A stretch of DNA of 64,000 nucleotides, from positions 448,001 through 512,000 of the forward strand of contig CM000435.1 of NCBI GenBank assembly GCA_000165345.1. Direction: 5' to 3'. Of this stretch, positions 1-8,909 are shown in pieces (the stretch's first letter is position 1; each line of letters begins with the position of its first letter). Under the pieces are notes generated by a model, which saw nothing but the letters and a program-made list of their open reading frames with translations, searched no databases and was not told the origin of the DNA. Position numbers and translations under genes: made by a program.

Positions 1-254
1 GTTGCCAGAAAAATTTCTAACTTGTCTGTTGTTTATCACAACTAGTCTTGGTCGGCTGCTCGTAATATCGTAAAGTCAATTAATTCCTGTCCAAACTTAT
101 TTCAATTCAATTAAATATAACTTACCTTTCTTTTACCACAGAAAACCTCTTTGAGGCTTTCCCCAAAACGAACATATTCCAAGCTTTGAGAATATATTCA
201 TTAATTTCACTTTAATGGTATTTCTAAGGCAAAAAATTATAGACACATTTTGTA

Positions 255-265
255 TGGCGCCCAAA
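255..265. promoter_or_regulatory. E2F-like GGCGCC motif (tggcgcccaaa) about 30 nt upstream of ATG 289
   Basis: Rare GC hexamer in an AT-rich intergenic region, same family as the other upstream sites listed. Confidence 0.4.
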
Positions 266-288
266 CAAACAAAAAATTAGTTTTCACA

Positions 289-609
289 ATGTGTGAAAAA
301 AAAGGTTTAAGCCTTCCACCGAAGAACGATGAGCTTAGAAGAGAGGAAAATGAGTCGTTAAAAGGTGAGTCATTAACTCTAAGGCTCAATTTCAAGGATC
401 TGGATGGAATTGTTGAGGAGCTTAGTGTAAATTCTTCTACTGAAGTGGGATTTGTCAAACTTTTGATAGCCAAAAGTAAAAATGTGCAGGCAAAGGATAT
501 TAGAATATTCCACAATGGAAAGAATATGATCAATCCCATGTCTTTGTGTGACCATCCAGGTGTTTCACCTCCTTCAGTTGATGTAGATGTTTATCTTAAT
601 TCAGTATAG
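289..609 (+). CDS. small protein with predicted ubiquitin-like beta-grasp fold (hypothetical); first ATG of ORF 250..609
   Basis: ORF-track frame 250..609, first in-frame ATG at 289. Pattern LTLRLNFKDLDGIVEELSVNSSTEVGFVKLLIAKSKNVQAKDIRIFHNGKNM resembles UBL domains (e.g. TBCB-type), no C-terminal GG. Could be a partial or spliced gene. Confidence 0.3.
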   Translation: MCEKKGLSLPPKNDELRREENESLKGESLTLRLNFKDLDGIVEELSVNSSTEVGFVKLLIAKSKNVQAKDIRIFHNGKNMINPMSLCDHPGVSPPSVDVDVYLNSV

Positions 610-688
610 ACTATTACAAAGAGGTAGGTAATTGACACAAGTCCTATTTTGGGAAAGAAAAACTAATCAATAAGCAGTATTCAATATA

Positions 689-3600
689 TTATAATACCTG
701 TCTAACATATGATTGGTAGTTTTCTATGAACTTCCTCAGAATTTGCTTAAATTGAAGGTCATTTGTTTGAGAAATCTCATTCAATAGTTTAAATGTCTCA
801 TCTAGAAGTCCACTACCGGGCATAAATGATAGGAGCACAAAGTAGTGATACCCAAAAAACAAGGAAATACTTCTTCTTGCGAATGAAACGCTATCTGGGT
901 TATTAACAGCATTTGGATTATTTTGTGTGAAAGCCGCTTTAGTCCCAGAAAGAACCAAATCTCTTGTAGCTACTACCACATTCAAAGGAACAATAATAGA
1001 ACTTGTATCTTGGCCATGTTGATACTTTTGGCCTATTTGAGTTGTTCTCTTATTTTGTTTATTGGAGTTTTTCTCTACAAGGACAAGAGGAGCTTCCCCT
1101 TTAATTAGTAGCTTAAGAAACGTCAGCTGAGAGTTTAGCAATGATTCTTCCTTTTGAGAGTTATTCAATATTGAAAACCATAGAAAGGATGTGGCAACTT
1201 CAATTCCCATCTTCTTAAGCTCTTGTGACATGTTCGAGGAGTTTAGATCTGAACAAGTAAGTATTTTCAAGTATATACTTGTAATTACCTCAACTGACTG
1301 GATGTAAATATCTTGCTCTGTGAATAAATGCCTATCTCCATTATACTCGAGCCAATGAATTGGAGTCGAGAGAGATGGAAGTAAGCTTGAGATTAGAAAA
1401 CATAGAATGGGATTTTGAATGTTCGCCAAAGCTTCTCTAAACAAAAAAGCCGAAGGGACCAAATTTACATAAGATTTTATCCCAAAATTAGATGTCACTC
1501 CTACTGGATTTAGAATTACCTGATTTAGTATTTGTTTTGCCTCACTCATTTTTTCCCCTTGAGTAGAACATAATTTTGCTAAAAGCTCGAGACTTGTTTT
1601 TCCCTTTGAAAGCTGGTTAATGATCTTCACAAGTGAAAGTTGTATGGACATTCTAGCTTGATGAGCTTCCACTGAAAATGCTATATCCTCTAGTACTGTT
1701 TGTCTAAATCTCTCATCTATGCTACAAAGGGATATAGGGGATGGCCAACATAACAACCATAGTTTCAAAATATATAGGAATATTTCTGGAATCAGTGTCT
1801 CAAATATATTTGTAAAGTCTTCCGAGTTTCCATGTAATGTTACCAAATGGCAAATTAAATGAGATATTTCCTCGCATGCTTCCGAGTATCTTGATCCTTG
1901 GAATGCTTTTTGCATCCTATTCTCTGAATCAATTAAAGATGCCAAAAATGAGCTACAAATAGGAACTATGTAATTACAAATTTCAGGACCCATGATTCGT
2001 ATAAACCTATGCATAGGTGAAAGCACGGATATCTGAAGTCCACCACTTTCTGAGATTAAAACCGAGTTTGAACATCTTGCGAGCAGCAAAAGAATGTTCA
2101 GAGAAGCTCTCCAAAGATGGGACAAAGCTGGAATCTGTTCAGTGAGAGCATCTGAGATTGAAGAAATCATTTGAACAAGTTCCATTGCACTTCTCCACTT
2201 TAGAAGGTCATTTTTTATATCATTTCCACCAGAATTCTGTGAAATCTGCTCAATTAGCTTGTGAGACAACTCTAGCATGGGCTTTACAATTTCCTCATAT
2301 TGAAGAACCACCTCCTGTTGTTCTGTAATGTTACTTCTAGATTTCAATTTGTTGAATAAGAGGAAACCAATTGCTTCACAAATAGTGTTTAAAGATTTGG
2401 ATCCCAATCCACTTTTGAAAGACTCAAGACATTCATTTTCAATTGTACCTTTTTCAGCAAGCTTAAGTATCAGACTCAATGTCTCATGTGACCTCAGTAA
2501 TAGTACTAACTTCGGAATATAATCAAAAAGACAATTGCTAAATGATTTGGTGATCCCTACAACCGACTTGGAAGATTGGTAGGAAATTGAGTAGTGTGGG
2601 TTAAGAAACCCACAATTAGAGAGTAATACATCAAGGATTTTGTTAAGAATCTTCCTAGTTTCATCAGTCTGGATATTAAGAGTTCCCCCACTATTGCTCC
2701 CAATAAGATCTGTAAAGTTCCTAAAAATTTGAAGAATTGAGTTTCTCAGGAATATTTCCCTGTGAATTCCAGATTCTGTTGGCTTGTAGCACTTACAGTT
2801 GAAATACATAATTTCAGAACACTCTAAAATAGACCCAACAAATCTGATATAATGGCTGGAAATTAAAAGATTTGAATCAGATAAAGAGGCATTTCTAGAC
2901 TTGAGTAGCTTTCTCTTTTCTGCTAGGGAGGCTTGTCCAAACTTTGCAATCAGAAAAGAAACGGAGTCAACCTGGTTAAAACTTACAGATTGGATATCTG
3001 AAGTAAGATTTTTAATAATCATCTCCATGAATTCACAAACTATTTCAGGCTTAAGGTCCAAAAGAGAAAGGAATAAGGCTCCAAAATCTGGTGAGTTTTT
3101 TCCTCGATTCATGACTCCAGGGAAATCTGTATCAGATTCACCTCCAGTTTGATAAAAGTAGTGAGAATCAGGTTTCTTTAGAGCATTCAATAGAGCAAAT
3201 AAGACTCCTGATACGAAATTTGAAAAGAAAGATGTATTATTATTTAGATCTTGTGAAAGTCTTGATAAATAAGAATCATTTGACGAGAGTACCAATGAAA
3301 AATGAGTTAAGAACTTACATGTTTCTTGTTTAATTTGTTTAAACTCTGAGCTCTCGATTGAAAGTATAATATTCAAAGATGGAAGCAAAGTCTCAAGAAT
3401 CTCCATTCCTGTTTTAAAAGCAGCCAGATCACTTTCCTCTGCATTTTTAGACTCTTGTTCTAAGAATAGGTTTTTTATGGCTAAGAAGAGTTCATTTATA
3501 ATTTTAAGAACAAAATTAGCCCTAAATGACAAAAGAAATAAACAAAAGTCTTTAAAAATATCTCCAAAAGGGCCTTGTTCTATAGAAATAATGGTTTCTG

Positions 3601-4600
3601 GATTCTCTAAAATGGGCCACTTCCCTAGAATTTGAGATTGAAAATACTCTGGAGTAATATCCTTTATATTGAGGGTAATCTGATTTTCAACCAAATATGA
3701 GATATTTAAATCCTTAAAGAGTTGAATTTTGACTTTAGGAGGCATTCCCTTTAAAAGAATTGCAGATAGAAAATTCAAAGTTTCAACAACAACAGGAGAA
3801 TCAATGGGATTCAGAAAGCTGAGAATAATAGAAAGAACCTCATTATTCACAGCATAGCTTATATCAATCCAATCAATGAAAGATTCCATCATCTTCATAG
3901 AAGAAGAAAGTAGTTGAATTCTATCTTTAGTAAGAGACTGACTCTTGTGTTTGGAAACCACAAAAATCCAGGCTTGAACAATATGATTTAAATCGCCATT
4001 TACTCTCATAATATCTTTAATCTTACGTCTTATTGAGATATCTTCAGCAGATTGCAACCCAATATTACTAACAATCATTTTATCAAAGGTACATAATATC
4101 CTTATAAACATGTCTGGCATCCAATCATGCGCTGTAACCAAAGAAACTATGTCTAAAAATGCAGATGGCCAGTTCTCCGGATAATCAGCATATATCATAG
4201 TTACATATAACTCAGAAATTTTGTTTTTTAAATAGCTTTGAGTGTTTCCCATACGAACTGGATCACGTAGATAGTCTGATAATGCCTCCCTGATCACCTT
4301 CTTGCTATCAATCATTAGCTTACAGGAAACCGTCTTGTTCTCCTCACCAGGAAAAGTCCCTATCATCTTAATCAAACTTCCAACACTCCAAAATCTAACA
4401 TCATCATCAGTTCCTGTAGTAAAGTGTTTCAGACATATCTTCCAGCCTTCAGACGATCCTACCACTAATTCACATACTTCCAAACTCCTCAATTTCTCGG
4501 ATGGAGTAGATCCTGGAGAATTTAATGTTTTTATCGCTTTCTCAAGATCATCCATTATTCTGTCAATTACGACAAGTATTTTTGCTAATATAATCCACAT
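689..4600 (-). CDS. importin-beta/exportin family karyopherin (exportin-5/exportin-T-like), 1303 aa
   Basis: True ATG at 4600. N-terminal importin-beta-N-like segment (LEKAIKTLNSPGSTPSEKLRSLEVCELVV...WKICLKHF...VRFWSVGSLIKMI), then about 1200 aa of helical HEAT-like repeats. Exact exportin subtype not resolvable by eye. Confidence 0.45.
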   Translation of the reverse strand: MWIILAKILVVIDRIMDDLEKAIKTLNSPGSTPSEKLRSLEVCELVVGSSEGWKICLKHFTTGTDDDVRFWSVGSLIKMIGTFPGEENKTVSCKLMIDSKKVIREALSDYLRDPVRMGNTQSYLKNKISELYVTMIYADYPENWPSAFLDIVSLVTAHDWMPDMFIRILCTFDKMIVSNIGLQSAEDISIRRKIKDIMRVNGDLNHIVQAWIFVVSKHKSQSLTKDRIQLLSSSMKMMESFIDWIDISYAVNNEVLSIILSFLNPIDSPVVVETLNFLSAILLKGMPPKVKIQLFKDLNISYLVENQITLNIKDITPEYFQSQILGKWPILENPETIISIEQGPFGDIFKDFCLFLLSFRANFVLKIINELFLAIKNLFLEQESKNAEESDLAAFKTGMEILETLLPSLNIILSIESSEFKQIKQETCKFLTHFSLVLSSNDSYLSRLSQDLNNNTSFFSNFVSGVLFALLNALKKPDSHYFYQTGGESDTDFPGVMNRGKNSPDFGALFLSLLDLKPEIVCEFMEMIIKNLTSDIQSVSFNQVDSVSFLIAKFGQASLAEKRKLLKSRNASLSDSNLLISSHYIRFVGSILECSEIMYFNCKCYKPTESGIHREIFLRNSILQIFRNFTDLIGSNSGGTLNIQTDETRKILNKILDVLLSNCGFLNPHYSISYQSSKSVVGITKSFSNCLFDYIPKLVLLLRSHETLSLILKLAEKGTIENECLESFKSGLGSKSLNTICEAIGFLLFNKLKSRSNITEQQEVVLQYEEIVKPMLELSHKLIEQISQNSGGNDIKNDLLKWRSAMELVQMISSISDALTEQIPALSHLWRASLNILLLLARCSNSVLISESGGLQISVLSPMHRFIRIMGPEICNYIVPICSSFLASLIDSENRMQKAFQGSRYSEACEEISHLICHLVTLHGNSEDFTNIFETLIPEIFLYILKLWLLCWPSPISLCSIDERFRQTVLEDIAFSVEAHQARMSIQLSLVKIINQLSKGKTSLELLAKLCSTQGEKMSEAKQILNQVILNPVGVTSNFGIKSYVNLVPSAFLFREALANIQNPILCFLISSLLPSLSTPIHWLEYNGDRHLFTEQDIYIQSVEVITSIYLKILTCSDLNSSNMSQELKKMGIEVATSFLWFSILNNSQKEESLLNSQLTFLKLLIKGEAPLVLVEKNSNKQNKRTTQIGQKYQHGQDTSSIIVPLNVVVATRDLVLSGTKAAFTQNNPNAVNNPDSVSFARRSISLFFGYHYFVLLSFMPGSGLLDETFKLLNEISQTNDLQFKQILRKFIENYQSYVRQVL

Positions 4601-4602
4601 CA

Positions 4603-4614
4603 GGCGGGAAAATA
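4603..4614. promoter_or_regulatory. E2F-like site (minus-strand reading TTTTCCCGCC) directly 5' of exportin ATG, in the divergent promoter shared with the ARID gene
   Basis: Sequence caggcgggaaaatatgg at 4601-4617, intergenic 4601-4891. Confidence 0.5.
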
Positions 4615-4891
4615 TGGTTTAGCGAACATAGGGCAAGAAACCGATGAAAGAGGAAAAAAAAGGATAAGGTATAAAAGACCATATTTGAAAAGGGATCTGA
4701 ACTTGGAAATTCAAAAGTCCGACATCCAATATTAGGAGTGGTAGGAGGCTTACTTTTATTCCTCCTATTGTCCGCATGTAGCTTTTGAAATCGCAGCTTA
4801 GAAATTAGAAGCCAGAGGAATTTCTTCAGTTTCCTCCCCACTTTATTCCTAAGGAAGATTAAATTGCTATATATAGTTAATATTTTGGAAT

Positions 4892-7636
4892 ATGGACCGT
4901 ACAACTTTTATGGATGGCTTAAGAGCCTTCCATGAAAGTCAGGGTCGAGCATTTAGGCCCCAAAAAGTGTCAGGCCACACTTTAGATCCATATAGAATGT
5001 TTTTGATGATAGTTGCAAGAGGTGGGTATTCTAGAGTGAATAAGAATTCCAGATGGTTTGTTTTTGGAAAACCAATGGGAATTGATATTCCAGAAGGGAA
5101 GCAACAGGAGGTTGGATTTGGGATTAAGAATTATTATTTGAACTGGTTAAGAGAGTACGAAAAGGCGTTGGACGATAGTATAAAGCTTGCAATGGCAGCT
5201 GAATTTGCTGCTAATAATCCAGACTTAGTTCCAAATCCCAACCTTGCTTTGTCTTACTATACCCAAACTTCTACTTCTAATACAAATGAAGAAGCACCTT
5301 TAACTCGTTCTGCTGCGGCTTCCCTATCCAGAACTAGAGGAGGAAGATCTAATGAAGAGATGGAGAACTCAAGGATGGAGAAGAATCAGGTAGTTTCAGA
5401 TCCTTCAAAAGTGATTGACTCTGCTGACGCTTTCTATTTGGTTCCTTGCGAAAGTCATTGTCTTCATAACAAACCAATAACTCCCAAAAACCTCACAATT
5501 TACGATATTGAAGAGCCTTATTCTCCAAAGTATCCTATTACAGATGATTTATGGTATTTGATGGCACACTTTAGGAATCCAGATTCAAAAATGGAAGACA
5601 AAATTCAGATTATTAACAATTTAATGGCCATTGCAGCTAATAAAAGACTAAACCTAAGCAGTTTTCCTTCAATTTTAAATGAATTCTCTGAAATAATGAC
5701 AGTTTGTACCTTTTCAATTGACTCTCAAATACTTAAAAAGGAGAAACTTCAGAGAGAGAATCCCCTAGACATTAATAAACTAAAATTAATGATTGAAAAG
5801 AGAGTTTGTCTATTGGATATTGCTTTAATCCAGAAGCATCTTTTAGCTTCTTCTTCTAATTTGATTTCACTAATTCTTAATAACAAGGAAAACCTGGAGT
5901 TCATTTACGAAGTCAGTAGCTGTTCTAACATTGGCAAAAACTTTCTTAGAATCTCAAATTATCTCGGTAACCAACCTGAAAATGATCAAGAAACATTAAA
6001 CCAGAACGGAAATCTTCCAAAGATGAACGATTATTCTAATCAGTCAGTTTCTGAATCTTTATCTCATTCGAATACACTAAAAACCTGTTACTTGAGGATT
6101 CCTGAAGCTGTAAAAGTTCTTGAACAAATTAACAACTTTTATACAGAGAACTCTATTCAGAATAAAGAGTTGAATATAGTCCGCTTAAAGGCTCTCTTAA
6201 CTGCATTACTTACAGTTTTCAGAACAAGTTCTGGAATAATATTTTCATATGAGAGAAAATTCCATAATGAAGTTCTTCCTTTAGTCTTAGTATCCTCGAA
6301 TTATCGTCAAAAGGCAAATCCTCACTCAGAGAAAGTTATTATTAAGTTTAACACAAGTTCACAAATACAATACGAATCAGATAATAAAGAAAATAGTTAT
6401 AATTATGATGATTTTAGCCTGACTAAGGAAATTGATCCAGATTCAATGAATGAGATAAGCTTCAAGGATGAGCTCAGAAAGAAAACCAAAACTATGAAAC
6501 ATAATGATCCTGATTTACTTGACCAAGTTTTAGAATATTTGAATTCTGAAACAAGATATTCCTGGGCTATTCTTTCTTCAACAATAAATTCTCTTAACCA
6601 TCTCATTCCCGTTATTTTTGAAGAAAAATTTGATGAGGTATTGAGCCTTGTGAACAGCTTTATAATGGAGATTTTCAAATCCTGTAGAACATGTTCTCAG
6701 TTTTCAATCCCATCATTGACAAATTGTATGAGAGAAGTGAGGAAAAACTCTTGCCTTCTTCCCTGCTTAATTTATAATAAAGAAGGAATACAGCTTATAT
6801 CAGATATTCTAGAATTTGGATGTAATGTGATTTTAAATATTACTTCAGGACAAGCTCAAAGCAAGGTTAAATGCAATCAAAAGCTCTTAAATTCTTTTTT
6901 TCAGATAATTTTAAAGCTATCATCAACATGTATCGGATTCTACTCATTCCTTAAGGATGAAGAGAACTTTAAATCGGGTATATTTTCTTCAAATATCAAA
7001 TCTATTAAATATTTGTTTGAGGAATTGGTTCTACCAATTTCCCTAGCAACTTTAGTAACTATTTCAGAACATGTTTCCTTTGGGAGAATCTTCCAATCAT
7101 TTTCTAATCTAAATTACCACTATCTTCATCACCATACCCAATTTACTCAATCCCTAATTGAAAACCAGTCTAGCAACCAAGCTATTAACCAAGAAATCTT
7201 AAATATAAGCGACAGTAATGATTCGTTTGTTAAAGATCAAATCTTGATTCTTTGGGGAAGAGAAATCATTGGTCCTGTTTTTGAGCTACTTAAATCAGAA
7301 TTAGATGAATTTGCTAAAAATAAATTGGAAAAAATACCAGTTTCTTGTTTAATGCTTTCTCAGTATATTATTTACATATCATCAGAATTAATGTCCTGGA
7401 AAAATTCTCAGAAGGATCCCAACTTACAGAAATTACACTGCAAATCTTCTAGAGAAATTGCAATAGGAATCCTTTCTCCATTCATTGACATTTTAATTGA
7501 ACTTGCATGGATTCCCTCCACCTTTAGAAACCTATTCTGGTCCATTATTTCAGAAATCTCTAACTTTGGAGTCTCAAATCCTTCTGTAACCCTAGGTATC
7601 TCTAAATTTACAATTGAAAATCACTCTACAGATTGA
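4892..7636 (+). CDS. ARID/BRIGHT DNA-binding domain protein, 914 aa
   Basis: N-terminus FMDGLRAFHESQGRAFRPQKVSGHTLDPYRMFLMIVARGGYSRVNKNSRWFVFGKPMGI matches the ARID consensus. Remainder is low-complexity and helical. Confidence 0.55.
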   Translation: MDRTTFMDGLRAFHESQGRAFRPQKVSGHTLDPYRMFLMIVARGGYSRVNKNSRWFVFGKPMGIDIPEGKQQEVGFGIKNYYLNWLREYEKALDDSIKLAMAAEFAANNPDLVPNPNLALSYYTQTSTSNTNEEAPLTRSAAASLSRTRGGRSNEEMENSRMEKNQVVSDPSKVIDSADAFYLVPCESHCLHNKPITPKNLTIYDIEEPYSPKYPITDDLWYLMAHFRNPDSKMEDKIQIINNLMAIAANKRLNLSSFPSILNEFSEIMTVCTFSIDSQILKKEKLQRENPLDINKLKLMIEKRVCLLDIALIQKHLLASSSNLISLILNNKENLEFIYEVSSCSNIGKNFLRISNYLGNQPENDQETLNQNGNLPKMNDYSNQSVSESLSHSNTLKTCYLRIPEAVKVLEQINNFYTENSIQNKELNIVRLKALLTALLTVFRTSSGIIFSYERKFHNEVLPLVLVSSNYRQKANPHSEKVIIKFNTSSQIQYESDNKENSYNYDDFSLTKEIDPDSMNEISFKDELRKKTKTMKHNDPDLLDQVLEYLNSETRYSWAILSSTINSLNHLIPVIFEEKFDEVLSLVNSFIMEIFKSCRTCSQFSIPSLTNCMREVRKNSCLLPCLIYNKEGIQLISDILEFGCNVILNITSGQAQSKVKCNQKLLNSFFQIILKLSSTCIGFYSFLKDEENFKSGIFSSNIKSIKYLFEELVLPISLATLVTISEHVSFGRIFQSFSNLNYHYLHHHTQFTQSLIENQSSNQAINQEILNISDSNDSFVKDQILILWGREIIGPVFELLKSELDEFAKNKLEKIPVSCLMLSQYIIYISSELMSWKNSQKDPNLQKLHCKSSREIAIGILSPFIDILIELAWIPSTFRNLFWSIISEISNFGVSNPSVTLGISKFTIENHSTD

Positions 7637-7962
7637 CTAATTAGGAAATTAACATAGAAAAACTATTAATCTTAATCTATTTAGTTATTTTTGTCTATTT
7701 TTACACTTAAATGTTTCAATTCCCATCTTGCCTGTATTTAGTTAAGCAAATCATATAGAAAATTATTTATTATTGTTCAAGCAAATAATCGCAAAATAAA
7801 ATATCATATTCAATCATTCATATGATTATCTATGTTCCTAGCTTTAAATCTAATCAATTAATTGTTTCATGGGGGAATACTGGTAGCTCTGTGACATTAT
7901 TGTTGCTATTAATCATACTCTATTTTCCAGGTTTTAAGTTAGTAAACTTTTATTCTTTCTTT

Positions 7963-8738
7963 CTACCTTTCCTCTAAACTTACCACTAATTTATTAGATC
8001 CCAAGTGTTGGCAAGGCTTTTGTAACATCTGCTCCCTCTCATCTCTCCATTGCTGAACTCGAGTAGAGATATCTGAAAAGATTTGCTGAAGTCTAATTTT
8101 GTGGCCTGGAAGCCAAGTTTTATTTGAAAACTTTTCAATTTCGTCAATATCCTTTGGTGTTATTGTACAAAGGGCTTCAAGCTGCAAATTCAATTCAGTT
8201 TAAATTGTTAAAACGACCAAAAATAAATAATTTGAGGGAAAAATATTTCTTCCTCTAATTTTTTGAAAAACTTACCGTATCAAATCCTGCACCAATAAAG
8301 TCACCTGTAATTTTAGAGTTAATAAATTGTGATCTAAAGAAATCTATTACTGCAAATCTTTCCTGCTCAAATTCATATTCTAAAAAGGTTTTGAATTTAT
8401 GTTTAATTAAATTTAATATAAATAGTTAAAAAAAAAAAGATAATTGGTTGCATGCAAACACCGGTATCAATTTTTTTATTGCATGCAACTTACAAATTAC
8501 TTACCAGCATTCCAAATTCTTGAAAACCCCAAAAGATGCTCTCCATAATTCTTACACATGAAATCTACTATAAAATATGGGATATTTTCAGGATCTGATT
8601 CATCAAACTCCTTTAAAAATGTTTCCAAAAATCAATATTACAATATTAAATATTTAAATTTTGTCATTAACTTACCTGAAGCAACCTCTCGGTTATCTTT
8701 TCCATAGCAATCCTTCTAGCTGGGAATCCCTGTTCCAT
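7963..8738 (-). CDS. four-exon gene, 163 aa, with SAM-like C-terminal domain. join(complement 8676..8738, 8505..8610, 8276..8379, 7963..8181)
   Basis: Exon 1 encodes MEQGFPARRIAMEKITERLLQ, donor CAG|GTAAGT. All three introns are GTAAG...YAG (65, 125 and 94 nt). Frames connect without stops. Last exon equals ORF-track 7963..8193. C-terminal ITPKDIDEIEKF...LPGHKIRLQQIF resembles SAM-domain helices (LTEEDLKELGI..LGHRKKIL). Confidence 0.5.
8448..8488. promoter_or_regulatory. two copies of TTGCATGCAA, 21 nt apart, inside intron 2 of the SAM-like gene
   Basis: ggttgcatgcaaacaccggtatcaatttttttattgcatgcaactt. GCATGC at 8451-8456 and 8481-8486. Confidence 0.4.
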
Positions 8739-8826
8739 TTTTACACTACTTTAATAAAATCTGTGCCTTTTTTTGCTTCAAAATTTTTAGGAAAATTAAA
8801 AAAAAAAAATACAAATAAAAAATATT

Positions 8827-8838
8827 GTGTGCATGCAC
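8827..8838. promoter_or_regulatory. palindrome tgtGCATGCaca about 90 nt upstream of the SAM-like gene ATG (minus strand)
   Basis: Perfect 12-nt palindrome in the 5' flank. Confidence 0.4.
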
Positions 8839-8909
8839 ATGAAATATTTGTATGCGACCCTTGAATATAAAGTAATTATGAAAGTAAAATTTCAACTCAA
8901 CTTTTGCCT

